Virus record (IMG/VR): IMGVR_UViG_3300028048_000051
Coordinates: 47,843-111,842 of that record
Origin: a virus
Lineage: Duplodnaviria > Heunggongvirae > Uroviricota > Caudoviricetes
Strand: one strand, 5' to 3'
Length of the DNA: 64,000 bases
Positions 29,604 to 39,030 of the stretch are shown one piece after another. The notes under the pieces were generated by a model. It worked only from the letters and a program-made list of their open reading frames with translations. It did no database searches and was not told where the DNA came from. Numbering within the stretch: the stretch's first letter is position 1; each line of letters begins with the position of its first letter. The position numbers and the translations under genes were made by a program.

Positions 29604-30922
29604 ACTGGTTAAACATCATACACAGTGTTCTGGGTAAATTCTGGACTTGGCTGTTTGCCGATCGAGATTTTATCCTTGGAGTACAAAAAGTACATGCTCT
29701 CATTGGGTCACAGGAGCAGGCCAATCTGCGCAACAATCTTGTTGTAAACGACATAGAATCAAAAAACCCGCTTTTAAACTATATCCCTACGCCGTTGTAT
29801 ATCGATAACTCCACCATAGGCAAGGCTTTTTATACCCTGGAAGAGATCCTCGATGGGGATGGTACGTTCGACGCAAGAAAAGAAACAAGCAGTGAATGGT
29901 CGGCCATGGTCACGGATAAAGTCGGCAGTCCCTACATGCTGACCGATCACGTTACGGATTATACCACAGCGCTGTTCCGCGGAATAGATTTCGAGTGCAG
30001 AGAAAACGAGTTGATTTTTCGTATCGATCCCAAGACACTGGGACTTCGAACGGTGAAAGAAACCGACTCCGAAGGTAATCTGCATGTGTATAGCGTCATT
30101 TGGGCATGGCACCGTGAGGACGTTGCGGAGAAGGACGCGGTGAGGGGGCTGATAACTCCCGGAGCCGCCGACTGTGCGAGCATGTTGTGGCGCATAAGAC
30201 ACGAGGGAGCCACCCTCTACAACGCCCAGGCCGCATTGGCAAAAGTGTCTGGATCTGTGGTCAGTGATGTCAAGGGCACCGTAGAAGATATCTGGACTGA
30301 ACAGGACTATCGTCACATGCTTATATCGGGACATGTCTACAGTGCTCCTGTAACAGTCGCGGTAAGAAAGACACTTGGCGACGACGTGGACGTCGGCGAT
30401 GTGCTATTCGGCGACATGTTGTTCTTCAGCAGAAATGATGTTGTTGCCTCGGCACAGGTTCCGGGAATAAGGGTCACCACCGATGTCGGAAGCCTGGTGG
30501 CACCTAACGAGGACGATCTTCAGGTGAGCGACAACGTACTGCCGCTTAGCGGAGATTCACGAACACTGGAAGCCTACAACGAGGAAATGAGGAAACGCAA
30601 CACAGACCTGAATTGTCCGCAATGTGTACTGCCGGTTAAAGTCAACCCGCTAAAGTATATTACACAAGAGGTCAGACGCGGGCGATCTTGTATTGCGGTG
30701 CTCTCAGCAGATAAAACCCGGGATGTAAATCCTGCCTTGAAGGCTATACGTGACAACATCAGTGCATCGGCCATTCTTGATGTTGTGATAAAAACAACTG
30801 CGGAAGCCACCTTCGATGCACTCACGCTGAAGTCCGCGACAGATGTAGGCAACGGAGCTGTTGCCGTCAGCGTCACACCACTTGAAGCAGAGGACAGCGT
30901 AAGTGTGGAGGTATGGCGATGA
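29600..30922 (+). CDS. putative baseplate wedge protein
   Basis: About 440 aa following the J-like gene with overlapping start/stop. Confidence 0.5.
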   Translation: MNWLNIIHSVLGKFWTWLFADRDFILGVQKVHALIGSQEQANLRNNLVVNDIESKNPLLNYIPTPLYIDNSTIGKAFYTLEEILDGDGTFDARKETSSEWSAMVTDKVGSPYMLTDHVTDYTTALFRGIDFECRENELIFRIDPKTLGLRTVKETDSEGNLHVYSVIWAWHREDVAEKDAVRGLITPGAADCASMLWRIRHEGATLYNAQAALAKVSGSVVSDVKGTVEDIWTEQDYRHMLISGHVYSAPVTVAVRKTLGDDVDVGDVLFGDMLFFSRNDVVASAQVPGIRVTTDVGSLVAPNEDDLQVSDNVLPLSGDSRTLEAYNEEMRKRNTDLNCPQCVLPVKVNPLKYITQEVRRGRSCIAVLSADKTRDVNPALKAIRDNISASAILDVVIKTTAEATFDALTLKSATDVGNGAVAVSVTPLEAEDSVSVEVWR

Positions 30923-31365
30923 CCGGAATGTTTCTTGCCGGGGGCAAGCGGGCAATGGCCCGTATGCTTGCCGGGGAGTGCTTGCCGATAAACGGCATGT
31001 ATGCGGAATATGGGGCGGATAAGAAGATTGTCGCGACCCCGAAAAGTTTTGACTATTTTTCCAGGCTCCTGTCCGATGAAGATCCGTCGCGCGGGTTTGC
31101 CCGCATCGCCGTGGCAGGAAAAGAAGTAGATGAGCTGACCGCATCCATTACGTTCACCGGAATGCTGGTGGACACCGATTTCGGCGTGAAGACACCGCCT
31201 CCTGGTTCAATGATAAATGCCGTGACGCTCTGCCATATGAAGAACGGTGATGCGGTGGATGATATTCTGATGTATACCCTGATCCTGCCCAACCCGGTAA
31301 AAATCACGGAGGGTGCTCTTACCACCATTCGTACAACTTTATCTTTTGGAGTGACCAATGGCTAA
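30919..31365 (+). CDS. putative tail fibre attachment/collar protein
   Basis: GGAGGT RBS fits ATG 30919; small beta-rich protein before the fibre-like genes. Confidence 0.45.
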   Translation: MTGMFLAGGKRAMARMLAGECLPINGMYAEYGADKKIVATPKSFDYFSRLLSDEDPSRGFARIAVAGKEVDELTASITFTGMLVDTDFGVKTPPPGSMINAVTLCHMKNGDAVDDILMYTLILPNPVKITEGALTTIRTTLSFGVTNG

Positions 31366-33262
31366 AAAATACAATCTGCCCGCCATCTCCGGCGGGATAT
31401 CCGGACAAGATGCCAGAAATGCGTTGAATGATGTGATCGCCATGACCGAAGAGGCGCTCAACGATCTCGCGGACAACGTTACCACCATAAACACCAAGAG
31501 CGCAGTCATACGCCAACAGGTGCCGGTATCCGGAGATGTGGGTGTGGGTATGCTCGTCTATTACGACGCCGACTCTGCCGTATTCAGGCCAGCCTTGGCC
31601 GCGCTGCTCTCCTCTCCTGGGCGTCAGGGCGAATCTGTAGAGGCCCCATGCTCGCGTGTGGAGGGCATGATCGTCAGCGTGGATAATGCCAACAATACCG
31701 GAACCCTGTTGCAGGGCGGATTCTACAACAATTCGGCATGTGCAAACGGCTGTCTTGGCGGATCGGCCACTGCGGGGACCTATTATCTGTCTCCGATCAA
31801 CGCCGGAAAAGCCACAAAGGATCCCGGAAATCATTTGCGTCAGCCAGTACTATCCTACTACGGAGACGGAAAATTCAGCCTGTCTCTGTTCTACCTGTCC
31901 CATGACAATCACTTCCATTCCAGTGAGGTGGTTGATGCGTGGTCCACGGCAGGTGAAGACGCTCCGGAAGGTTACTCCTTCCAGTACACACCGAATGCAG
32001 ATCTCGGAGAAATATCCAACGAGACAACTGCAGTTTTCTGTGCAGGATTGCTTCAACTCCCCGGTGCGCAGGACGGTGATTTCACCATCGAAGATAACGT
32101 GCTGTACAGCAAAACCGATACAACTGGAGTGATCATTTTCAACCACTTTCCATTCGCCTACGGATCCCCGGTGGTACGTAATGTGCGTTCCACTGACGAA
32201 TCACTGGGGGTAACCAACCGCAATGGAATGGTTACTCTGAACCCCACTCCATGGGTGGTGGGAGCAGCCAGGAGATCCCGATTGGCAGTAAGTAACATCG
32301 GTGGCAGAACGGTGAATTACACGCCGGTAGTGACGGATGTCACCACCGGGAACGGGATTACCGTCACACACAATACCGATGGTTCGGTTAAATTATCCGC
32401 CAGCGACCGTGTCGGAGAGCCGATAGATGCCTACAATTTGAATTTCAACGGCACCACACTGGCAAGTGACGACAACCTCAACACTTATATCACATTTCCG
32501 GCCAGCAGGACGTCAGCGTCTTTGGCAATATCATTGCCGCTTACCGGGATTTCTTCCGGGGCAAACCTTACTGCCAAGGTTTGGGGTATTGTCCAGGGAA
32601 CCGGCCAGACTTTCAACGTGGTGGAACAATTTTCCGCCCATCCGTCGAATGACAACCCGAGTGTGCTTGATGCGCCGGCCTCCAGTTCATTTTCATTGCC
32701 TCTGACAGGAACCTCCGGTGCCCTTACCTATGCGGAAACCTCCGGAGGCGTGGTGGTGACTGGAAACGGAAGCCTGTCCGCTAAAATCCTGCTCCCGGCC
32801 GCACCCAATGCGGATGTCCGTCTGGTTCGTGCGGGGTTCAGGTTGGTGGAATCGGCGTCGTCGACTTCGGATACCCCTGCCCCGCTCGATGACATAGTCG
32901 GTACCGTTATCGGTTCCGGAGCGGCATTGACCGCACTTCCGGCTTTCACCTGTGTATATGCGGTCAGTGGAGGCGGACTGCGTGCGTGTTCCAGTACTGA
33001 TATCAATACGCTGAATAAATGCGTAGGAGTTACCATCGAGACAGTATCCAGCGGTGCCATCGCCACCTACGTTACCGACGGCGTGCTGCAATCCCCTGCC
33101 CTCAGCATTTCCGGTGGCGGTGCCGTTTACGTGGGTCCGTCCGGAGGACTTACAAACAGTGCCGACTATGAGAACTGGGCTTATGTACAGCAGGCAGGAT
33201 TGGCGGTGGCCGACGGCGCGATCGTTGTGAACATCAAAAACGGCACCGCCGGTAATGAGTAA
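31358..33262 (+). CDS. putative tail fibre/baseplate peripheral protein
   Basis: 634 aa, rich in Gly/Ser/Thr/Val, with two decoration-like modules (GMLVYYD...; GGAVYVGPSGGLT...YVQQAGLA). Confidence 0.5.
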   Translation: MAKKYNLPAISGGISGQDARNALNDVIAMTEEALNDLADNVTTINTKSAVIRQQVPVSGDVGVGMLVYYDADSAVFRPALAALLSSPGRQGESVEAPCSRVEGMIVSVDNANNTGTLLQGGFYNNSACANGCLGGSATAGTYYLSPINAGKATKDPGNHLRQPVLSYYGDGKFSLSLFYLSHDNHFHSSEVVDAWSTAGEDAPEGYSFQYTPNADLGEISNETTAVFCAGLLQLPGAQDGDFTIEDNVLYSKTDTTGVIIFNHFPFAYGSPVVRNVRSTDESLGVTNRNGMVTLNPTPWVVGAARRSRLAVSNIGGRTVNYTPVVTDVTTGNGITVTHNTDGSVKLSASDRVGEPIDAYNLNFNGTTLASDDNLNTYITFPASRTSASLAISLPLTGISSGANLTAKVWGIVQGTGQTFNVVEQFSAHPSNDNPSVLDAPASSSFSLPLTGTSGALTYAETSGGVVVTGNGSLSAKILLPAAPNADVRLVRAGFRLVESASSTSDTPAPLDDIVGTVIGSGAALTALPAFTCVYAVSGGGLRACSSTDINTLNKCVGVTIETVSSGAIATYVTDGVLQSPALSISGGGAVYVGPSGGLTNSADYENWAYVQQAGLAVADGAIVVNIKNGTAGNE

Positions 33263-33279
33263 CAAGGAGTGCCGACATC

Positions 33280-34269
33280 ATGGCTGTTACCGAGCTCGAA
33301 TGGTTAAACCAGAACAGACATCGCAACTATCCGCTGGCCGATGACGCTTCCGGGGTGAGTACCAACGGCAAGGCGCTGCCGACGTCGTTCCTGTGCGATA
33401 TGGCGATTGATGTGCCTCCGCTGGATGCATTCAACTCCGGATATTTCTACATCTCCGAGATCACCAACCTCGGAGAGACTTTCCAACTCTGCGTAAGTCA
33501 TTCCGAGGTCTCGGCAGTATTACTGAGATCTATTCCGATAAGTTACAATTTCATTGCTTCTGACTCCGATGTGGAGTCTTCGAGAATGCCATTGTATGTG
33601 ACCCAGGAAGCCTTGCAACTGGATTCCTTGCTGGAGCAGGCCTCTGGTGAAATCATTATCGGCAGTTGTTCAGATATGTATGAAGTCGCCGGGGCTACCT
33701 TCGAGAATACCGCCGGAAAATTGAATCCTTTCGTGGCCCGAAAAGGATTTGCTGGGCTTTCTAGGATAATTGTCGTGGACTCGGACGGGGTGGAACATCG
33801 TGTTACCGGAGACCTTACGCTGGAATCCGAACACGGCATCGGCATAGCACTGGACGTCGATCCCAACACAGGGGAAAGAAAGATAGTGCTGTCCGAAGTG
33901 GAACTGACCGAGCAGGAACAGGCGGGAGAAAACACCGAGTACAGGACGCTGGATGACGTATTGGCAGCTTTGTATAAACTGCTCGGAGTCCCCATTACAA
34001 GCATCAATGGCATTGGTCCAGACGAGGATGGAAATTTCAACATCTCCGGACTCGACTGTACAGACGTCAACGGAATAAACAATGGCATTACAATCTCCAA
34101 CCCCTGCGCCAAACCTTGCTGCACATCGGATATTCCTGCCGATATTGCAACGGCGCTTTCCTCTCTGGAGGAAGCACGAAACCGTCTCATCAACTATCAC
34201 GAAGCCTTGTTGAACAATCTTCAGACAATGCAGTCCAGACTGGCGTCGTTGATTGCATCGAAGGGATAA
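33280..34269 (+). CDS. tail-associated protein, N...YP[LF] paralog
   Basis: EWLNQNRHRNYPL; ITSINGIGPDEDGNFNISG; CAKPCC followed by a C-terminal coiled coil. Confidence 0.55.
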   Translation: MAVTELEWLNQNRHRNYPLADDASGVSTNGKALPTSFLCDMAIDVPPLDAFNSGYFYISEITNLGETFQLCVSHSEVSAVLLRSIPISYNFIASDSDVESSRMPLYVTQEALQLDSLLEQASGEIIIGSCSDMYEVAGATFENTAGKLNPFVARKGFAGLSRIIVVDSDGVEHRVTGDLTLESEHGIGIALDVDPNTGERKIVLSEVELTEQEQAGENTEYRTLDDVLAALYKLLGVPITSINGIGPDEDGNFNISGLDCTDVNGINNGITISNPCAKPCCTSDIPADIATALSSLEEARNRLINYHEALLNNLQTMQSRLASLIASKG

Positions 34270-34272
34270 GCC

Positions 34273-35676
34273 GTGGCTGTCAGACTGAAAATCGGCAACA
34301 CTACGATTACCGGAACCGTTCGGCTTGCCGGCAGTGCTCCTATTGCGGTGGGGTATGATGGCAAAAAACATAAAATCATGCTGACACGGGGCAGCATGTC
34401 ACTGTTCGAGGAGGCCTTTAATGCCCTTTTGGACAAGTACAGTGAAGACGATCGGTACATATCTAAAATCAACAACGTTACTCCTGCGGCAGGCGGTTCA
34501 TTCCACATACTCGGCTCGGAATGCGACAGCGTGATTACCGATGACAGCAATGAACATGCGCTGAAGATAACCGACCTTTGTCCGGCATGCAGCACGTGCG
34601 ACACACAGTACCAGATTAAGAGACAGCTGGAGTTCTATAATATCTATTTGAACCTGATAAAAGACATAAATCTGTACACTATCGGGAACTACATCACCAG
34701 ATACAACGACCTGCAGAACAGCTACAGGATTCCTACACAGAGTGCCTGTTCAATAACCGGACGCACCGCTGAGCAGGAGGTAGAAGAGTTCAACAGACTG
34801 CTGAACTCGGCGGGAAAATTGCTACATAATTACATAACCACCGTGCATATGTGGAATTATGTAGTAAATATCAACAATAACGACACCCAGTTGTCCATGC
34901 CGCCGGAAGATGGGTGCGGAATATTGGTGCAAACGAAAAGGGCTCTTACCGACTGTTCCGGAACGAGAAGCCTGCGATGCACTGTCGAAATCAGCCCTGC
35001 CACCGGATCGGTGCAGGACAACTTGAGCATACTCACGCCTACTCCGAGTACTGTGTTCGAGCCCTTCGATTACACACCACAGGTATCCTGCACGATTACA
35101 AACACCTCGTACACATCGAAAAAAGCAACGATTACCTTCGGCCCGCTTCAGGTGGCAGGCACTTGTATAGTTACGGCTAAATTCCTGCCCTTCATACACA
35201 CCGTGGTAACTACCGGTATCAATGATCCGGCAACTTCGGGTGGAGTCAGTGGACTGACATCCGCGTTGGAGTATTATTCGGAACTGACGTCGAGACCTCA
35301 GGCATCCAGCGGAGGCATGTATATATTCACGAGTGGCAGCAGTATCAGTCTACCGTCTTCAGGAGGGGTGTTAGCCTCATCTGCCGGAAGCTTGAGCATC
35401 GAAGTTAATACCACCACCGATCAAAAACTCAATCCCACTCGTGAGGAATACGAACAGGGCAAGAGTTATCCGTCAATATCTGCGGATGGCCATAATTACT
35501 GGCTCGTTCAGGTCAAATGGGAAATTCTGAAAGGAACAACAGTGGAGCAGACGACGGTGGACACCTACCATTTCGTTACTCCAAAATGCCGCGTGCCGAT
35601 GTATGGGGTTACCAAAGACAGCGACTTCATAGAGGTTGAGGTGGAAGAGGACGAGGAAACGGAGCAAAATGTATAA
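34273..35676 (+). CDS. tail-associated protein
   Basis: GTG start; ISKINNVTPAAGGSFHI and LCPACSTC motifs parallel to the preceding gene. Confidence 0.55.
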   Translation: MAVRLKIGNTTITGTVRLAGSAPIAVGYDGKKHKIMLTRGSMSLFEEAFNALLDKYSEDDRYISKINNVTPAAGGSFHILGSECDSVITDDSNEHALKITDLCPACSTCDTQYQIKRQLEFYNIYLNLIKDINLYTIGNYITRYNDLQNSYRIPTQSACSITGRTAEQEVEEFNRLLNSAGKLLHNYITTVHMWNYVVNINNNDTQLSMPPEDGCGILVQTKRALTDCSGTRSLRCTVEISPATGSVQDNLSILTPTPSTVFEPFDYTPQVSCTITNTSYTSKKATITFGPLQVAGTCIVTAKFLPFIHTVVTTGINDPATSGGVSGLTSALEYYSELTSRPQASSGGMYIFTSGSSISLPSSGGVLASSAGSLSIEVNTTTDQKLNPTREEYEQGKSYPSISADGHNYWLVQVKWEILKGTTVEQTTVDTYHFVTPKCRVPMYGVTKDSDFIEVEVEEDEETEQNV

Positions 35677-36439
35677 CAGAACATACATCAACGAACATCT
35701 GAACACACGATATCCTTTCATGTCCGGTGTGTTCGTACCGTTCCCGGATCGACTGATAACCGACTTGAAGATATGCGTGCGCCCGGAATGTTCGGATGTT
35801 CGTATCACTGTGCTTCAGGTGACCGGCAATGCCGTGCGTGCCACGATATGCGCAAATGTGAATGGCAACATGAGACTCCTCGGATATATCCGCGGCGGTG
35901 ATAACGCCGGGACAACATCGCTCGATCCCGACTACCCGCTGAGTGGTTTCATGTTCGTCGGTCAAATATCCGACGCGGATGCCGGCACCTACAGCGGCGA
36001 ATTCAAATTGGATCCTTCCTGTGTCCTGCCGATGCCGAATACCGCCTACCGCCGTTACACCGGAGCAGAAATAAATAAGCAGCAGTTCGACGGCAAGCAT
36101 GTACTTGATCTGAAGGCCACAGGACTGTTCGACATCTCGTCCGGGGCCACGGTAACGCTTCGTGGTGAAGCCGAGGATGCGCATTTCGTACTGTGGGACA
36201 ATGAGTACGAATACACCAAAGTACTTACCGTAAACGGTTGCCGGGGAAAAACACTGAAAATAACCACCAGCGGCGGAGTAGTGGTTTCGGCACATACTCG
36301 ACAGCGCCAGTATTACGAGGTGGTTTCAGGCGGTTCATCACTGACAAGCGGAGGCATATGTGCGGTAAATACGATATTCAACGGCGGCAGTTCTTTTCCG
36401 CATTGTTACGACGATGCCGACGAATCGGAGAATAACTGA
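35669..36439 (+). CDS. tail-associated protein, N...YP[LF] paralog
   Basis: YINEHLNTRYPF; LTVNG motif. ATG 35669 preferred. Confidence 0.55.
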   Translation: MYNRTYINEHLNTRYPFMSGVFVPFPDRLITDLKICVRPECSDVRITVLQVTGNAVRATICANVNGNMRLLGYIRGGDNAGTTSLDPDYPLSGFMFVGQISDADAGTYSGEFKLDPSCVLPMPNTAYRRYTGAEINKQQFDGKHVLDLKATGLFDISSGATVTLRGEAEDAHFVLWDNEYEYTKVLTVNGCRGKTLKITTSGGVVVSAHTRQRQYYEVVSGGSSLTSGGICAVNTIFNGGSSFPHCYDDADESENN

Positions 36440-37185
36440 TGGCGATATTCCACAACATGGACCGCATCGACGCGGCGATCAACACCAAACATCCCTTCCG
36501 TTGGACTTGTCCATTGGAAATAGGCGGAGAGTTCCCGGTGAGGGAAATGATCTCGGTCAGATTGCATGTCACCGAAAACTCAATGCCTCCTCTGCGCATT
36601 TCCAGATTCATTGTCGATGATGATGTCATGCAATGGTACATACAAGATAACGCAGGACGAAACCGCCTGGTGGTTAATCTGCCGGTGTCCGCCTCCGCTA
36701 CAGGATTGTATGCGGTGCGCGATCTGGCAGGATGTCTTGCCGGACATATCGTATGTACTGCCGCATGCATCAAAGCCGTACACGCTCTTATACAAAAAGC
36801 GGGCGGAGATATCGGCACCAATGTCAATGACTTCATATTCGATGACGACTGTCATGTTCCGATGTTATCTGGCGTATTCAAAGCAGTTACCGTAAACGGA
36901 ATTACACATACTTCTGATGTTGTCATACACACCGGAGACAATGTGCTTATATCCTGCAACACGACTCAGGGATCGAAAACCTTCAGCATGTCAGCAGTAT
37001 CGGATTATAAGGAGCAAACCAGTGCAAATACCGACTTCACCGCGCTGCAGATCAACACAGATCCAGTGATTATCCTGGATACCGAAGGCGGGTGGCACTT
37101 GACTATGACGCATGCGCTTGCCTCCAACCTGCGGATACATACTGACTCCGACGGCATAAATTTCAGAGGGGTACAAGATGTCTGA
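36439..37185 (+). CDS. tail-associated protein, N...HPF paralog
   Basis: AAINTKHPF; VTVNG motif; TGATG coupling. Confidence 0.55.
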   Translation: MAIFHNMDRIDAAINTKHPFRWTCPLEIGGEFPVREMISVRLHVTENSMPPLRISRFIVDDDVMQWYIQDNAGRNRLVVNLPVSASATGLYAVRDLAGCLAGHIVCTAACIKAVHALIQKAGGDIGTNVNDFIFDDDCHVPMLSGVFKAVTVNGITHTSDVVIHTGDNVLISCNTTQGSKTFSMSAVSDYKEQTSANTDFTALQINTDPVIILDTEGGWHLTMTHALASNLRIHTDSDGINFRGVQDV

Positions 37186-37945
37186 CAACCCATTATATGA
37201 TATCAATACCGCATATCCGTTCATATGGAGCAGCGGTGTATTTCCTGATGCCTTGAAAGCAGTGCGAGACATGAGGATAGCGCTCCTCCTGCCTTCAACG
37301 TCGGCAGTACCGGACTCCATGGCATATGATTTCAAAATCACTGCCCTGACATCCAGTGGCGCTACCGTGGATATGCGACTGGGCGGAGGAGCGGCGTTTT
37401 CCTCTACATTGACTATTCCGTTGCGGACATCGGGAACAACAACCGTAATGTCATCTTTTGTGGCGCTGGACGATGCGCCTGCAACCGAATGGAGCGGCAG
37501 CATTGACATTCACCCGGATTGTGTGATTTTGATGCAGGAGGCGCCCAGGATTTCGGTGGAGGTGACGAGCAGTTACTACTCGGATCACAGTCGCAGTTCA
37601 GAAGTGATCGGTATCCCGCCAGAAGCGGTGGCATCTGACGGGGTTCTGAGGTTTGCTCACGGTTATAATGTCGTAGTGGATGCAAACGATAGAACAGACG
37701 CACTATCCATATCGTTTGATTGCGGTTCGGATAATGGACTGGGAACCTGGAGAACATCTCCGTGGACAGATAAGACGCTGGACGAATTCAAAGTAACCGG
37801 GCTACGTGGAATAAACGGAGTAACCGGCAATGTGATTATTCTCGGTGATGCCAGCGTTAATATAAACACCACCGCTGATTCCGGTGCTGGTACCTCAGGT
37901 GGGACAGTTACACTCGACATATCCGGACGCGAGGTGTTTTCATGA
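37178..37945 (+). CDS. tail-associated protein, N...YPF paralog
   Basis: YDINTAYPF; LRGINGVTGNVIILG. Confidence 0.55.
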   Translation: MSDNPLYDINTAYPFIWSSGVFPDALKAVRDMRIALLLPSTSAVPDSMAYDFKITALTSSGATVDMRLGGGAAFSSTLTIPLRTSGTTTVMSSFVALDDAPATEWSGSIDIHPDCVILMQEAPRISVEVTSSYYSDHSRSSEVIGIPPEAVASDGVLRFAHGYNVVVDANDRTDALSISFDCGSDNGLGTWRTSPWTDKTLDEFKVTGLRGINGVTGNVIILGDASVNINTTADSGAGTSGGTVTLDISGREVFS

Positions 37946-39030
37946 TAAGAATATCAGGTGGGCGTTGTGGCTACAGTGGATATACTTGTGAAGGGATTCC
38001 TCCGCTGATACTCAGTGGAGGTACGGTAAACTGCGAATACACCACGAGCAGTTACTACAACTACGGGTTATTGCCGGAAAACGCTGCCGGAATGACCATG
38101 CAGGTACCGCTGCTGACGGTGTTCGACAGCGGGGCAAAATACCCGGAGACATGTTCCGGAGCCGAGTTCTATGACGCCTTCAACACCATTTCAGGAGGAG
38201 AACTTCTCGCAGACAACTATCGCACTGTGTCCGGAAGCATCGTAAGTGGCGGATGGGTCAACATCCGCAATGGCCTTCCGTGCTTTACCTCAGGAGGTGT
38301 GCTTCAGCCAGGACTTCTCGAACCGATGATCTCTGTCGACATGCCGCCGGTGGTCGTAGAATATCCTACCGGTTTGGATAACATAATCGACGGGGTGATG
38401 ATTACCATCAAAGGATTGAATACTTGGAGGACGTATATAGATGCCAGTCTTGCTGCACTAACGTCTATGTTCAATCCGAAGTTCAAACTCAAAGATACGA
38501 GACCCCTTGTCAGTGGCTTGGAGAGCAATCCTTGTTCGCAATTCCGTATATACAAAGGCGGTGGAGAATTCATCGCCTGCAAAAACAGTGAGAAGCCGGC
38601 ATTCGGTGTCATGGGTGGTGCTGTGGTGGTAGACGGTAATACAATTAACGTCAGTTCATATCAGCCGGTAAGTAACCAGCAATTCCCACTGAACTTTTAT
38701 CTTGATATCAACATTGCAAGCAGTACAGCTGTAATAACTGACTCGCGCGCAGATTCAACCGGGCATAGGATTTATCACATCGGCGGAGTTACTGCCACCA
38801 GCAATAGCAAAACCGAGGGCTGCACCATTTATAACATTTGGCAAGACAGATGCGAGTTTGATGATTACGGTGGTGGTGATGTGGCACTGGCGAGCGTGGT
38901 AACCATGCCTACAGGAGGCGTAGGCGAAGGTTCGGTACGATTAGTAACTGTAACTGCATCCGGCGGCTTGATTCCATCGAGCGGAGCAAGCATCAGTGTA
39001 ATCATGCCCTATCTTGACGGTATTAACTAA
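37942..39030 (+). CDS. putative tail fibre-associated protein
   Basis: 362-aa Gly/Ser/Thr-rich ORF coupled to its neighbours. Confidence 0.5.
   Translation: MIRISGGRCGYSGYTCEGIPPLILSGGTVNCEYTTSSYYNYGLLPENAAGMTMQVPLLTVFDSGAKYPETCSGAEFYDAFNTISGGELLADNYRTVSGSIVSGGWVNIRNGLPCFTSGGVLQPGLLEPMISVDMPPVVVEYPTGLDNIIDGVMITIKGLNTWRTYIDASLAALTSMFNPKFKLKDTRPLVSGLESNPCSQFRIYKGGGEFIACKNSEKPAFGVMGGAVVVDGNTINVSSYQPVSNQQFPLNFYLDINIASSTAVITDSRADSTGHRIYHIGGVTATSNSKTEGCTIYNIWQDRCEFDDYGGGDVALASVVTMPTGGVGEGSVRLVTVTASGGLIPSSGASISVIMPYLDGIN

Noticed and set aside
12663-31365. Bacterial contractile injection system or tailocin rather than phage
   Set aside because: Capsid, protease, terminase and a full replication module are in the same window.
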